Part shown: in pieces, positions 36,749-49,434 of the stretch
Position numbering within the stretch: the first letter of the stretch is position 1
Layout of the letters: each line of letters begins with the position of its first letter
Origin: Glycera tridactyla
Taxonomy: Eukaryota
Length of the DNA stretch: 64,000 nt
Direction of reading: 5' to 3'
NCBI GenBank assembly: GCA_965644265.1
Contig: OZ286468.1
Span: forward strand, 28,582,001 to 28,646,000
Notes under the pieces: model-generated
What the model saw: only the letters and a program-made list of their open reading frames with translations
What the model was told of the DNA's origin: nothing
The model's database searches: none
Made by a program: the position numbers and the translations under genes

Positions 36749-37536
36749 CCGTATATACTGGCATATAAGTCGACCTGATGCATAAGTCGACTCCCCAATT
36801 TCGCCTCCAAAAGTCAGGATTTAGTCAATTTCTTGTATATAAGTCGACCCCATAATCTTGCTCAATCATCGTGAATATCAGGGAAAATACGAATGAGAAA
36901 CGACACATCAGCCAGTGAGAGAAGCCAATTTGCGCCTAACCCCGGCTATTGTTAAGTCATTCGCGCCTTCATACATCTATAATTCACAAGTCTGATCCAT
37001 GTTTAGATGCTTCCCGCTGCTGAAAATACATATCAACACCGAATATTTCTGTATTTTGCAATAAAACGAAAGGCTGGCATGTTTGATAGCAATTTGGGCG
37101 GCATTGTTGTGAAGTTGGAGTCCCCGGATGTATGACACAACAGGAACCAAAATACCTAATTAGCATACGGCCTTGACCTCATCACCTGCTCGAGATGGCG
37201 GAACTTTCTCGCTTTGTTGTTTCTGTCTAATGTTTTCATCATGTTTATGGCGAAATCATCAAGATTCTCTCGAAAACGATCATAAGAAATGCAAGTAGAG
37301 TAACAATATGTGTGTTTGGTTCTATTTATTTACATCCGGGTGTATTCTGGCCTTTTTCTAGCGCGATCGTTCGAGAAAAACATCGTTGTCAACAGCTGGT
37401 CAGCATGGATTCTCTCTCATTTTTGGTTTGAAAATCTATATTGTCCTCCATGTCGGGCTTATAAGTCAACCCCCTTGTTTTTGGCTCGGATTTTGGCAAA
37501 GAAAAAAACTCGACTTATACGCCAGTATATATACGG
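36749..37536. mobile_element. Non-autonomous pogo/Tc2-like element (TIR CCGTATATACTGGC.TATAAGTCGA, TA TSD)
   Basis: About 26-bp TIRs, TA on both sides, TATAAGTCGA subterminal repeats, CpG-rich. Confidence 0.9.
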
Positions 37537-38099
37537 TAACAGATTGTGTCTGCCTTCGTCCTTTTTAAGCCTGGGCTCCAATACATTTCTATTTTTATAG
37601 AGTAGAGATAATTCTGACCTTCAGATTTTTGGCCAGTCAGGACCCTCCGCCCCCATTTTTGCCTTTTCGTATTGTCTCTCACTATGTGTAAGAAGGAAAG
37701 CTTATTTCAGCCATGGGAGATGGCCCATTATTTTGAGATATGGCATTTAATATTTCATGTTCATGTGCTACATGGGCCCAGTTACATGTCAGGAAATCAG
37801 GTGTCCCCATGGATACCGTCACCCATCCACAGCTGACTTCATCCTCTCTCTCTGTCTTCAGGCCATTCTTTCTTATCATCTCTTCATCACCTGGGATGAT
37901 GTCACTCAAATTCTCCTCACCTTAACCATTTAACCAAGGTGATTCTCTAACCCTACGATCCCCAAAGCTCTCAAATCACACCACTAACACTCACAGTGTA
38001 GCACTCACTTCTTCCAAGTATAGTTGGACCAACTTGAAAATTCCACCATACAGAGACCACCTGCCTACAAAGATCACCCTGAGCTGTGACTGTGTGATA

Positions 38100-38483
38100 C
38101 AGTGAAATCTCTTTTCTGAGACCCCACTTTTGAGAGACTTCTCTTCATTGCTTCTATCCTTTCTGACATTGTTGAATATACCTCCAATGAGACCACCTGT
38201 TTTGAGAAACGCTTGTGGATGGTACAAGGCTCTACACTAATGGTTGCCCTACTGGCACAGACAGGCAGATTTGCTGTTAGGGCAGGTGATTTTATCAATC
38301 TGCCTGCCCGATGGGCAGGTACCAAACCATTGTTTATGCTATGATTATGTGCAGGAGGGCAGGTGAAATTGACAGAGAGGGCAGGTGAAAATCCTTCTTC
38401 ACCTGCCCGAAGGACAACTGAAGAAAGAAGTTAACGTAGAGCCCTGTGGTAGTTGAGGTGGTCTCACAAAAGAGGTTTCACTG
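38100..38483 (+). mobile_element. MITE family B-like, interrupted by family F and itself inside a family A copy
   Basis: TA|CAGTGAAA...GGTTTCACTG|TA with a 222-bp insert at 38225-38446. Confidence 0.85.
38225..38446. mobile_element. hAT-like MITE family F with 5-bp TSD
   Basis: CAAGGCTCTAC...GTAGAGCCCTG, TSD TGGTA. Confidence 0.85.
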
Positions 38484-39014
38484 TAGTATTTTCCACAGTG
38501 AACGACCTCTGTACAAAAGCCATCTTCTTAGAAAAAACACTTGTTGATGTAACCTATGGTGGTCTTTGTAGACAGTTTCGACTGTATGTATCACCATACA
38601 TCTGAGAACCCTTGAAAAATTTAGAATTAGCATCATTGGACAGAAATCCAATGGTGTTTTTAACTAAGCTGACTTTTGAGTGGGGGGAGGGGGGGGGGGG
38701 GCGATTCAAACTTCTCAACACTTTCTTTTATGATATTATTGTAATTTCAGGATAATCAAAGCTTCCTTCAAAATTGATGAGACTTGGAGGTTTTCATACA
38801 GTAAACGCACTATACTTTTCTTACTGTAAATAGAGTATAGTTAGTGAAGAATCTGCCAAGGTGATGGATGTGATCCTTGCTGAAATGGATACCAGATTAT
38901 CTGGTGATATCAGCTGAGTGGTAGGTCAAGTGATGAGTACATTCAGCTGGAAGTTTCCTCGAATTTGGACATACTTTACTCCATCATCGGTAGCCAAAAA
39001 TTTATAAAGATATA

Positions 39015-39175
39015 CAATCGAACCTGCTCTAAGGACCACCTCTCTATAAAATCCACCCTAAGCTGCGACCGCGGTAGTATTTTCAACAGTAAATGACCTC
39101 TCTATGAAGACTGCCTGCCTATAAGGGCCACTTTTTAATGCGACTAAGGGTGGTCTTTATAGACAGGCTCGACTG
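39015..39175 (+). mobile_element. MITE family A
   Basis: TIRs and TA flanks. Confidence 0.9.
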
Positions 39176-39365
39176 TACATAAAGCTATCATCCATAGGTA
39201 TTCCATAGGTATTCCATGATTCAAACAAAGCTGGTACTTGATGGACGTGATTGGTAATTCATATAAATTGGTTTTGCTCACATCAAAGATGTGAAGTGAA
39301 CATGGACAAATTTGATGTTTACCCAATATACCCTTAATGCTGCATGGTATGATGTGTGAGAAGTA

Positions 39366-39588
39366 CAGTCGCACCTGTCTATAAAGACCGCCCTCGGTCA
39401 CATAAAAAGACAGGTGGTCTTTATAGAGAAGTCATTTACTGCTGAAAATACTAACATGGTCACAGCTCAAGGTGGCCTTTATAGAGAGGACATTTACTAT
39501 TGAAAATACTAAAATGGTCACAGCTTGAGGTGGCCTTTATAGCGAGGTGGTCTTCATAGAGAGGTGGTCTTTAGAGCAGGTTCTCCTG
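39366..39588 (-). mobile_element. MITE family A with an internal tandem duplication of about 60 bp
   Basis: The core TTTACT..GAAAATACTAA..ATGGTCACAGCT block occurs twice. Confidence 0.85.
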
Positions 39589-39959
39589 TAATTGTATAAG
39601 CTCAGCCAGTGCGTGTTTATCCAGAGATATCAACAACTTGTTGCGTCATCCCAGCATGAGTGTGTCCTGATAAAAGTTTCAATAGGGATCATTGTACTGG
39701 TAGTGTGGACAGATTGAACATAATCTTGTGACTCATACTTGGATCAGGTTGGATTGTTGTGCACCTTCTGTACCTTTGGAGTACTTGTCACTTTAGGGTA
39801 CATCAGTGGCTGTGAATTACCTTTGAAGCGAACATTCATTTTGTGCCTACTGCTATCATTGATTACCTTCTCACGTAACACATAATTCTCCATGGGAGCT
39901 TCACTCATTGGATAAGGTGTAAGTTCTGTGACCTCAATACATGTATTTTTTGCCACCTT

Positions 39960-40223
39960 CAGGGATTTGATTATTCAGCAGATCCACAGATTTCCAGGTT
40001 TTTTATCTCAAATGAGCAATCCATGCCCAAGAGGGCTTTATGCTGATTGTATTGGATTTTAGATCATGAAAATCTGATCAGAATTAGTGGGGATAGAGCA
40101 CAGAATTTATATGCAGTCATAGTAGCCTTCAATTGTGGGGGTTTCCTGGTCCAGTTACTCTCATTGAAATGCTTCGCTGGTCAGATTTTCAGGGTTTTCG
40201 GTTGTGAGTCAATCACATCCCTG
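39960..40223. mobile_element. hAT-like family D
   Basis: CAGGGATTTGATT...CAATCACATCCCTG. Confidence 0.8.
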
Positions 40224-40930
40224 TGTCTTAGATAAAGGATCAGATAGTTGATTTAGGGTTATATTGAGGTTTGTTTGTTGTATTTCTTGCAAATAACACA
40301 TGAAAACTGTAAGGGTGAGGATCATCAAAGTTGCTGGTCAGTCAGGCTTGAATTTTTCATGAAAAAGAGAAAAATCTGAGCCTCCCCCCTCCCCCCCCCC
40401 CCCCCCTTCCATTGAGATTAAATCAGTAATACATGTACCAAACTGTTGCAGCCCAGATGAATGGTATTCTCATATTAAAAGTAANNNNNNNNNNNNNNNN
40501 NNNNNNNNNNNNNNNNNNNNNNNNNNNNNNNNNNNNNNNNNNNNNNNNNNNNNNNNNNNNNNNNNNNNNNNNNNNNNNNNNNNNNNNNNNNNNNNNNNNN
40601 NNNNNNNNNNNNNNNNNNNNNNNNNNNNNNNNNNNNNNNNNNNNNNNNNNNNNNNNNNNNNNNNNNNNNNNNNNNNNNNNNNNNNNNNNNNNNNNNNNNN
40701 NNNNNNNNNNNATTGTATCTGCTCCTCCTTACAGAGTGAGCCAAGGGCCGATGTTCAGACTTGATTAACACATTCATCTTCTGTGTCTTTCATCATCTTC
40801 AAATTCCTAGCTATTCTATCTTTGTTGGCACTGGAACTAAATAGAGTGGAACTTGTATTAAACAACCACCTGTATTCAGTAACCACCTATAGCCCCTTTC
40901 TGATTTCCCGCTAGAGAAATTATCACTATA

Positions 40931-41091
40931 CAGTTGAACCTGTCTATAAAGACCGCTTTCGGTCTCATCAAGAAGTGGTCTTTATGGGCGGGTGGTCTTT
41001 ATAGAGAGGTCGTTTACTGTTGAAAATACTACCACGGTCACAGCTCAGGGTGGTCTTTATAGAGAGGTGGTCTTTAAAGCAGGTTCGACTG
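40931..41091 (-). mobile_element. MITE family A nested in a family G MITE (about 40843-41176)
   Basis: TA flanks; the host element with TATTAARCAACCAC repeats continues on both sides. Confidence 0.88.
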
Positions 41092-41264
41092 TATTTCACC
41101 TGTATTAAACAACCACGTGTATTCAGCAACCACATTTTGGAGTCCCAAGGGTGGTTGCTTAATACAGGTTCTGCTGTATCCAAGAGCAAATTCAATGCTA
41201 CTGATTTGTTTCTAGCTGGAAATTCCTCTAGGATTACTACAGGGGGAACCAATGTGAGCAGGTA

Positions 41265-41440
41265 CAATGAAACCTGCGACGAGAGACCCCTGACGGGAGA
41301 CCACCTCCGACGGGAGACCGCTTTTCCAGGGCAGCTTTTCTATTTGATGTAGTCGAATATACCTCCGACGAGAGACCACCTTTTTTGAGAGACCACTTTT
41401 TGGTGACATTTAGGGGGGTCTCTCGTTGCAGGTTTCACTG
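41265..41440 (+). mobile_element. MITE family B
   Basis: Near-consensus copy, TA flanks. Confidence 0.9.
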
Positions 41441-42047
41441 TACTCTCAGAGAGGGTGAAATGTGGTTGCTTAGTGCTGGCAATTTATAGACCTTTAGCAA
41501 GGAATGCCAAAGGGGCTGGATGGGATATGTGGCTGCTTAACACTGCTGCTCAACTTTGGTGAATTATTTTGAAATAACCTCTGACGGGAAATGTAAAAGT
41601 GGCTGCTTGGAACAGGTGAATTTATCTTGTGAAAATATGTGCTGGAAAATGCATCAGTGGCTAATTGAGACAGGTTGCTGCCTAGATGATGGTTTGATTG
41701 CATTTTTTAGGATTTTTTTCTTCAATTTCAGGCAAATGAATCAGTTTGAGCATGAAAGAGCCTCTTCTTTCGTGGTTTGAAGAATGATTTTGGAGCATGA
41801 GAGTTGCAAAATTGTTAATGAAGCTCGGATTTCTGATGCCCATACAAAACTGTATTCTAACAGGATACTCAGAAAATATACTGCACAAATTTCTATGTGC
41901 AAATTTTGTATTTGACTGATTGCTATGACTAACTTATGCTTTCTATCTTCTAGGCCTAATATTCCCATCCCAGGTCTAACATATTTGGTGATAACTATAG
42001 TCTGTCTGCTTGACTAATGGTGGCGGATGTTTTTTGATTGCTTGCAG

Positions 42048-42107
42048 CATCTTTGGATGTCTTCGGGAGAAGTCAGACTTTGGATGATCGGAGAGGACCA
42101 TCACAAT
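42048..42107 (+). CDS. Candidate 60-nt frame-preserving exon (SLDVFGRSQTLDDRRGPSQ in phase 1)
   Basis: tttttgattgcttgcag acceptor and AAT|GTGAGT donor; open in phases 0 and 1. Confidence 0.5.
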
Positions 42108-42367
42108 GTGAGTAGTTATTTGTGGGTGTGTGGGTGTGGGCATGGGTGTGTGTGGGTGAGTGTGTGTGTGTGGGTGGCTGTGAGAGGACCTTCACAATGT
42201 GAGTAGTCATTTATGTGGGTGTGTGAGGGTGAGTGTGGGTGGGTGAGTGGATGTGTGTGTGGGTGGCTGTGAGAGGACCTTCACAATGTGAGTAGTCATT
42301 TATGTGGGTGTGGGAGTGTGAGTGTGGGTGGGTGCGTGGATGTGTGTGTGGGTGGCTGTGAGGGACC
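42091..42367 (+). repeat. Minisatellite of about 90 bp, three copies, containing an exon 3' end and splice donor
   Basis: GAGAGGACC.TCACAATGTGAGTAGT at 42091, 42182 and 42271. Confidence 0.92.
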
Positions 42368-43313
42368 AGTTTATTTGCGAGGATTTTCTATGACATGGCC
42401 ACAGATTTCTGATGGGAGTCCACATCTCCTGAAGGCAATTTCTCATGGCATTCCGGGAGATTTCTGACATGTTTCGCTAAACCTAGGATATTTTGCCATA
42501 TCTGATATAAAAAGAAATATCGTTGATTTGACCTAGGGTGGTGTCTATAGAGAAAGCAGTCTGAAACTGCGCCTTTTTTTATCGACAACTTTAGTAGGTG
42601 CATATGTAAAGTTATGGCCTTACTCAGATGTGTGATGTGATGTGTTGTCACCATGTCAGAACACCCCCATGATGGCTGATGTCTCCCAGACGTGTTGTCA
42701 GCGGCATTTGATGCCACCTGTCAACATCTGCATAGGTCAGCAAAAAGTTTTCTCTAAATAAGACATAAATCTCCCTGACACAAGTTGGACGTCTCAATGT
42801 AAATTACATAGCCCTACATGGAAGTGTTATTTGTGTTTATTGTTTTGGTCCTTCATATCCAATAGGCATTTCATCGATGAACAAATGCTCATACATTCGG
42901 TGCTGGATAAAAATGGAGATTGTGAGACATTTCTCTCACATTTGAGGGTAATGTCTCACATTTTGAAGAGTGGTGAGACAAATGTCTCATTTCATTCCCA
43001 CCCCAGAGCAAACATTTTGTAACATGTGTAAATCGTTTCACATTTTTAATAGTGGCAAAACAAATGTCTCACTTCAGCCATACCTCAGGGCCAACACTGA
43101 TGTTACAATAATGTTCATAAACATATTCAGTAGTTTCAGTAGTTTCATCATCTCACAAAAGTGCATCTGCCAGTTTCCCCTTTCATCGCAGGGGCTCACC
43201 CGTGACTTGACTGGTGAGTCCGCATTCATTCCAAATCATAGCATGAGCTGAAAAGGCATCATTCAACTAGAGTGCAAAATCCTGTCACCACAACTTGAAA
43301 TTGAGTGACTATA

Positions 43314-43619
43314 CAGTCAAACCTCCTCTAAAGAACACCTCTCTATAAAGACCACCTCCCTATAAAGACCACCCTGAGCTACGACCATGGTAGTATTTTC
43401 TACAGTAAATAACCTCTCTGTAAAGACCACCTCCCCATAAAGGCCACTTTTTTATGCAACCAGTGAAACCTGTAATGAGAGCTCCCTGATGAGAAGCCAC
43501 CTCTGATTGGAGTTCATTTCCATAGGGCAGCAAGGATCCTATTTGATCAATATACTTCCGCAGGAGACCATAAGGAGACCACCTCTTAAAAGAGACCACT
43601 TGATGATATTCAGGGTGGT
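43314..43619 (+). mobile_element. Family A copy switching into a family B copy at 43461, ending at a gap
   Basis: Family A consensus to ...ATGCAAC, then CAGTGAAACCTG. Confidence 0.75.
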
Positions 43620-43864
43620 NNNNNNNNNNNNNNNNNNNNNNNNNNNNNNNNNNNNNNNNNNNNNNNNNNNNNNNNNNNNNNNNNNNNNNNNNNNNNNNNN
43701 NNNNNNNNNNNNNNNNNNNNNNNNNNNNNNNNNNNNNNNNNNNNNNNNNNNNNNNNNNNNNNNNNNNNNNNNNNNNNNNNNNNTGAGGAGTACAGTCGAA
43801 CCTGTCTATGAAGACCGCCCTCATTCACATATAAAAGGAGCCTTTTTTGACAGGTGGTCTTTAT

Positions 43865-43876
43865 AGAGAGAGAGAG

Positions 43877-43928
<52 letters not shown>
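43865..43928. repeat. (GA)n(GT)n microsatellite replacing the remainder of a family A MITE (43793-43870)
   Basis: MITE sequence GGTCTTTATAGAGAG runs directly into the microsatellite. Confidence 0.9.
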
Positions 43929-43930
<2 letters not shown>

Positions 43931-44498
43931 GAAAGGCTATAGTGCATTGTGAGTTTCTGCCAAGGAGTAGGGAACTTATTTTTTGGTTTGCACAGATGCA
44001 GAGCATGTGGTGAGATAGACGGCAGGAACAAGAGAGAATGCAAGAAGCGTGTACAACAGTGGTGGGATGGGAGGTGCATGAGCGGGCAATATTTGTTGTG
44101 CTGAAAGTTTACATACAGGTTGAGCACAGACACGTGCCCCACATGTTAACCCACCCCCACCCTCACACCTACACCCACCCCTCACACCTACCCTAAATCA
44201 GTCTCCTGTCTGTCAGTACTGACTGCATTTCTATGGCAACAAAAAACCTCTTAGTCTTGCATTCCTCTGCTTTAGTTCTCTGTTATACCTCAAAACCTTT
44301 TTATAGTCTGTTCATAATAAGTCGGTCTCGGCCTTCATTGGATTGGGAAGGATGGACTGACTATAAGTATGTTGAAGAGTAGAATCTTTGACTGGAATTG
44401 TGGGGATTTTCTACAAGGAGTATGTATGTGCAGTATCGCATGGTTTATAGCACATGGAAAATGGACTGATATGCCCAAAGACCCATACATTCGAGGTG

Positions 44499-44659
44499 CA
44501 GTAAAACCTCTCTTGAGAGACCAACCCCTTTCAATAGACTGCTTTCCATTGGTTCATTTCTATCTGGCATAGTCAAATATATCTCTAATGAGAGAACACC
44601 TCTCTTGAGAGACCAATGGGGTTGGCATTTGGGGCGGCCTTCCTATAGAGGTTTTACTG
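44499..44659 (+). mobile_element. MITE family B-like (TIR CAGTAAAACC)
   Basis: CAGTAAAACCTC...GAGGTTTTACTG|TA. Confidence 0.8.
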
Positions 44660-45784
44660 TAGTAGGGAAATCTGTCACCATGGTGGTAATTTCATCGATG
44701 GGTGTTTAGTTACTCAGATTACAGAGAGAAAAAGAAAGAATACAAATACTCTGAAAGCAGATGCTCACAATTCTTGGATACATCAAATAGAGATGAGGAT
44801 GATCAAGAAAACATGATGCGAAGCAGTGAAAATGCACAGGAATAAAAGAGAAAACTAGCATTATATACCGAGAGCTTCTTCAAATGTGTATTCGGCCTCA
44901 CTACAAGGTAATTTGGTGCAGCAGATGTGCTTTGAGAGCTAACCGTGAATATCAATGATACAGTGGAAATTGTTTTGAGAGAGTACCCTCTTTCGAGACT
45001 ACTCTTCATCAGTTCTTTTGTATTTGATGTAATGAAAGACCACCTGTCTTGAAAGACCACGTCTTGTTGGCTTTTGGGCCGGTCTTGAAAGTCCCTTAAG
45101 GACCTTAATGCCACAACAATGACATGAGACCGAATGAGGTACTGTGTATTATATAGTCCGTTCTCTTCAGGAAATCTTTCTCCATTCTTATCCTTTAGAA
45201 GACATATCACTGCCATTTAGCATTGACAATATTTGGGTGGTTTGGGGTTTTTAAGTGTGTTCCAGCGCAGTGTGGAATGCAGGGTATTTTGAAAGGAATA
45301 TTCCAAACCAAATGGGGGTTTTTACGTGTCACTATCAATCATTGTTATTTTAGAGATATTTGTCTCCAATTTCACACCTCCTGGATCTCTTCAATCAGAG
45401 GTCAAAAGGTCACACCTGTCACGGTGATGGCATGGCGCCAATGACCACAACTGGATCACTGCTGTGAGGGTAGCAGTTTGCTGAATGTTAGTGGGTGATA
45501 ATAAGGGCTTCAGAGAGGAGATTGGCACTGATATGGCTTGGCAACAGAATTTACAGATTTTGAAATGAGCCCCGATGTTTGATAAGCTTGATCTAGGCCA
45601 GGTGGTGCCATCTATCAACCAATAGTAGCATACATCAGCAGCTGCCGGTGGACCAGATTGGCATGCATAGTCGGAAAATCCGACACCCACCTATCTGGGT
45701 GCCAGGCCAAAGTCCAACAATATCTAGGGTTCAGCATGATCAATACGTTGTTTTCCTATTTTATCAAGCCGAGAGAAAAAAATC

Positions 45785-45890
45785 GATACAGATCATTGAC
45801 GTAAATTGTGAATAGCAGTGGCCCCAATATTGAGCCTTGTGGGACTCCATGGGATACATTTATGAAATGGTGATCTTGAATTGGATATAC
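45785..45890 (-). mobile_element. Short LINE RT fragment (CR1 group)
   Basis: Minus strand reads INVSHGVPQGSILGPLLFTIYVNDL. Confidence 0.85.
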
Positions 45891-48734
45891 TCCTTTCTAC
45901 TGTATTTTTCTAGTTTTTTGGTTGTCACACTTTTTGATGATTGATAATTTTTGTTGTTGAAGTTCTGTCATTCCATGCAAATGGGGTGGGGGAGGTTGTG
46001 TTCTGATTATTTATTGTCTTATGAAATGATTTTGTTGATGTAAGTTGATGGTCCTTACATGATGTAAAACAGCACACCAACCAACCATCCAATCAACCAA
46101 CCCAACTCAACTTTTTCTTGCATTTATTTTCCCCCATCTTGCCTGAACTATATATCACCTACATGTCCCTTAGTACAAAGCCCATTGTGTCCGAGAGAAT
46201 GCTGATTCTTGGTCTGCATACAATAAAGGTCTGTTGTGATTGGTCGAAACCAAACATATCGATACTGTGTGGATGTTTTGTTTCCATTCCTCCTGATGTT
46301 TTGATCGGCTTTATCAGTTAGACAAAGTAGACTCGGTGTACACCAGGGTGGTATCTTGCCCCCATATCCGTTCAAGGTCAGGGCAAGGTCGGGGTCAGTG
46401 AGCTGGGTATAAGGTCACAGGTGCATACAGGATGTGAGAAGGATTGGCAACCTGAAATTCCCAGTTCATATCCTGTTCACTAACCTGAGTAATTGCCCAT
46501 GACATTGATCAAACAGTGGAATTCACTATTTCGAATGTATTGTTAGTGGTTCCAAGATGATCCATGATTGAAGTACATGTATTTTCACTTACTTAGCACC
46601 ACAACTCCATCACGTGACATGGCCAAACCTCATAAAATCATCATAACTTTCGTTCCAAAGTACATGTAAGTGAAACTACTTCAATCTTGGGAATTTACTA
46701 TCAATAGATACAAATGGATAAGTGAGAAATCCCCAAATGTTGCCAATTTCAACCATTTTTAATTTGACCAAAATATTCAGTGCTGACATAATGTTTGTGC
46801 ACTCTTTGAATAGAAGTGAATGAATCCACAATCTCTTTGAATTTGGAATCCAGTGCATGCCGACTGGGGTAGAATGACAGACAGAATTGGGCATGAGAAA
46901 GGGGTATCAAGGGCTGGCCAGAGTCTGCTCCTGTGTGCCCATAAAAGAACCACTGCTGTTCTTCGCAAAGAGTAGGGGATTGTACCCAGGAGCAGTGTTT
47001 TCTTTGTGCAGCATTGTCAGTCCAATATAACCCAGTGAGTTTGAAAGGATGTTAAACCTAAACAAATAAGAAAACCCTATGAGGGTGCAAAAAAGTAAAT
47101 AAGAGGATAATTCAGATTATCATCAATTGTTGCGGAATGTTGTTGAGGATTCACCACTTGGTGATTGTCTGATACTGGAGGTTTGGGCAAACCTATAATC
47201 CAAGTGTCCTTCAGATGTCCTTCAAAAGGTTGAGTATCAAGTGTCCTTCCCTTCGGGTGTCCTTCAAAAAATTGAGCATCAAGTGTCCTTTGGGGGTCCT
47301 TCATAAGTTTGAGCAAGGTTTCCTTCAGTTGTGGATTCTCCATTTTTGGAGGTGGAATGTCATTGGAATATTATGGGTTGTGTAGACTATGTAAATGTCA
47401 AACACCCTGAAAGCTACACCCCCTTCTGTTCCCAGCATGCATCTGTCTCTGGCCCCAGTTCCTGATGGTAGATCATAATTTTTGTCACATGACCACATGG
47501 TGGGGGTCACAAGATCAGCTCTCCTGTGTCAGAAGTCAAGAATCACATGGCAGTTGATTTTTCATGGGGAGACTTCCCACTGTGATTTTGTCGCCATGGT
47601 GATTTGTTTGGTTCAAAGCTAGGGTGTAAATTGTCTGCACTCTGAAATATATGACTGCAGTTCAACCCAGTCCTACTGAGTACCACTCAGTTTTTTTTTC
47701 TCACCATAAAATGTGACATGATCTTTAAAATGTTTCCGGTGAACTTCATTGACCTTGTCTACAGCTAGCTGAGTAGCAATGATTTTCACAGATTGTAAAC
47801 ACTGATTCTGACATTTTAATGATAGCTAGTTTGACCCCTGCTAGTTTTTGAAAATTCACACATTATTTGAGTGAATATTTTTTCACTAATTTGCTCCACC
47901 TGCCTTTCCATGATTATCTTTCGAGAGAATCAATTACTCTGTTATTGCTTGTTTATCATGATTTTGTAGTAGTGATTTCTCTTTGAACTAACATTTTGGC
48001 ATTTTACGCGTGATATTTCTCCAAGAAATTAAGGATACTCTTATTTTCTCCTTGCAAATACTGCCATCATTTCTCCTAAAATTTGGCATCAATATTGATT
48101 TTGGTCATTGAAGGTTGGCATCCCTGTTAATGAAAAAAAGTTCATGCTCTGATAAAGCCAGTCAAAACTGTAGCTTTCATAAAGTGAACAGACTATATTA
48201 TGTTGCTTGAGTACTATAGGGGGGGGGGGGGGGGGGGACAAATATAACTGTCGAGAAGTTATGGAATTCTGAGATTTCTTGTTTTGTGCATGCCACGAAT
48301 TCTATGCCTGTTGTGATAGCACTGTCAGAAGGGAGGGCTGTCTCTCTGGTATCCAGGGTTTGGAGATTTCACCATTCATCCTACGATTTATCTCAAATAA
48401 ACCTTACTAATAGCGACCAAACATCAAATTTTGCACATATGGATTGAGAACGAAGTGGCCCTCTCCTCCATGATGGATTTTGATGTATATTTCGATGTTA
48501 ATCCTACTGAAATGGCTCATGAAAAGGCGTGAAATCCAGGAAAAGTTGGAGCTCACCTGATTTTGAGGCGTGACACTAGTTCTGTCAGATTATGTCAAAC
48601 AAGAGACAAGCTACACACACAGCTATGATGTTTTAACTCTATATTATTATTGACTTAGATGCCAAAGGCTGGAATTCTCTGTATTCTTTCCAGGTGTTAG
48701 GTCGCTAAATTACTGCCCTCATGGCACTTTTCTG

Positions 48735-49135
48735 CTAATTATCCCTCGCTGAAAGGCGAAGGGATATTGAAATAGTGGCCGTCCGTCAGTCCGTCAGTCT
48801 TTCACACTTTCTTGGCTGCGCAACTCCTCATCTATTTTACATGCAATTTTCACCAAACTTTCACAGAATGATCATCATAAGGTTATGTAGTGCATATTGT
48901 CAGGGTTTCATGATCAGATTGTTTTTTGAGATGTTATAGCCCTTTTTTGAATTTTACATGTGAATTATTGGCTGCACAACTCCTCCTTCATTTCACATGC
49001 AATTTTCACAAAATTTTCACAGAATGATCATCTAAAGGTTCTGCAGTGCATGTCGTTAGGGTTTTGTGATTGAATCATTTTTGAAGGAGTTATTGCCCTT
49101 TTTTGGATTTTACATTTTACATTTTTTGACATATT
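48735..49135 (+). mobile_element. Helentron-associated DINE/HINE-like element with internal 156-bp tandem repeat
   Basis: 5' hairpin TATCCCTCGC..GCGAAGGGATA, a GTCCGTCAGTCCGTCAGTC microsatellite, then two units of about 156 bp (48814 and 48970). Confidence 0.75.
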
Positions 49136-49254
49136 TTGGCACATTCACTATGTCTGTATTGTGAAACAGCCCCCTGAATGAACACACCTCTTTCAGCTTT
49201 GCCCTCATTAATAGGTCAGCTTCTCCGTAACCAACATGTTCTTTTGTTCATACA

Positions 49255-49366
49255 GTGTTTGTGATATGTGAGACCTATACAACTATTCTGAAGCCATTCA
49301 TTGACCTGTGTCGATTACGTCTGGAGACTCCCCTATTTAAACACAAACTTCGGACCCAACTCTTTC

Positions 49367-49368
<2 letters not shown>
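49255..49368 (+). mobile_element. Probable L2-type LINE 3' tip followed by (TG)n
   Basis: Ends in ..ETPLFKHKLRTQLF, resembling the L2 C-terminal FKxxLKTxLF motif. Confidence 0.45.

Positions 49369-49432
<64 letters not shown>
49369..49432. repeat. (TG)n microsatellite
   Basis: Directly visible. Confidence 0.95.

Positions 49433-49434
<2 letters not shown>

Noticed and set aside
42048-42107. GoLoco motif or Rap1GAP identity for the candidate gene
   Set aside because: Only a loose resemblance (RSQ.TLDDRR versus RxQxxRxDxQR), and no downstream Rap1GAP exons were found; no gene symbol assigned.
46325-46380. GVHQGGILPPYPF resembling an RT motif
   Set aside because: Too short, and the flanking sequence does not continue the RT pattern.
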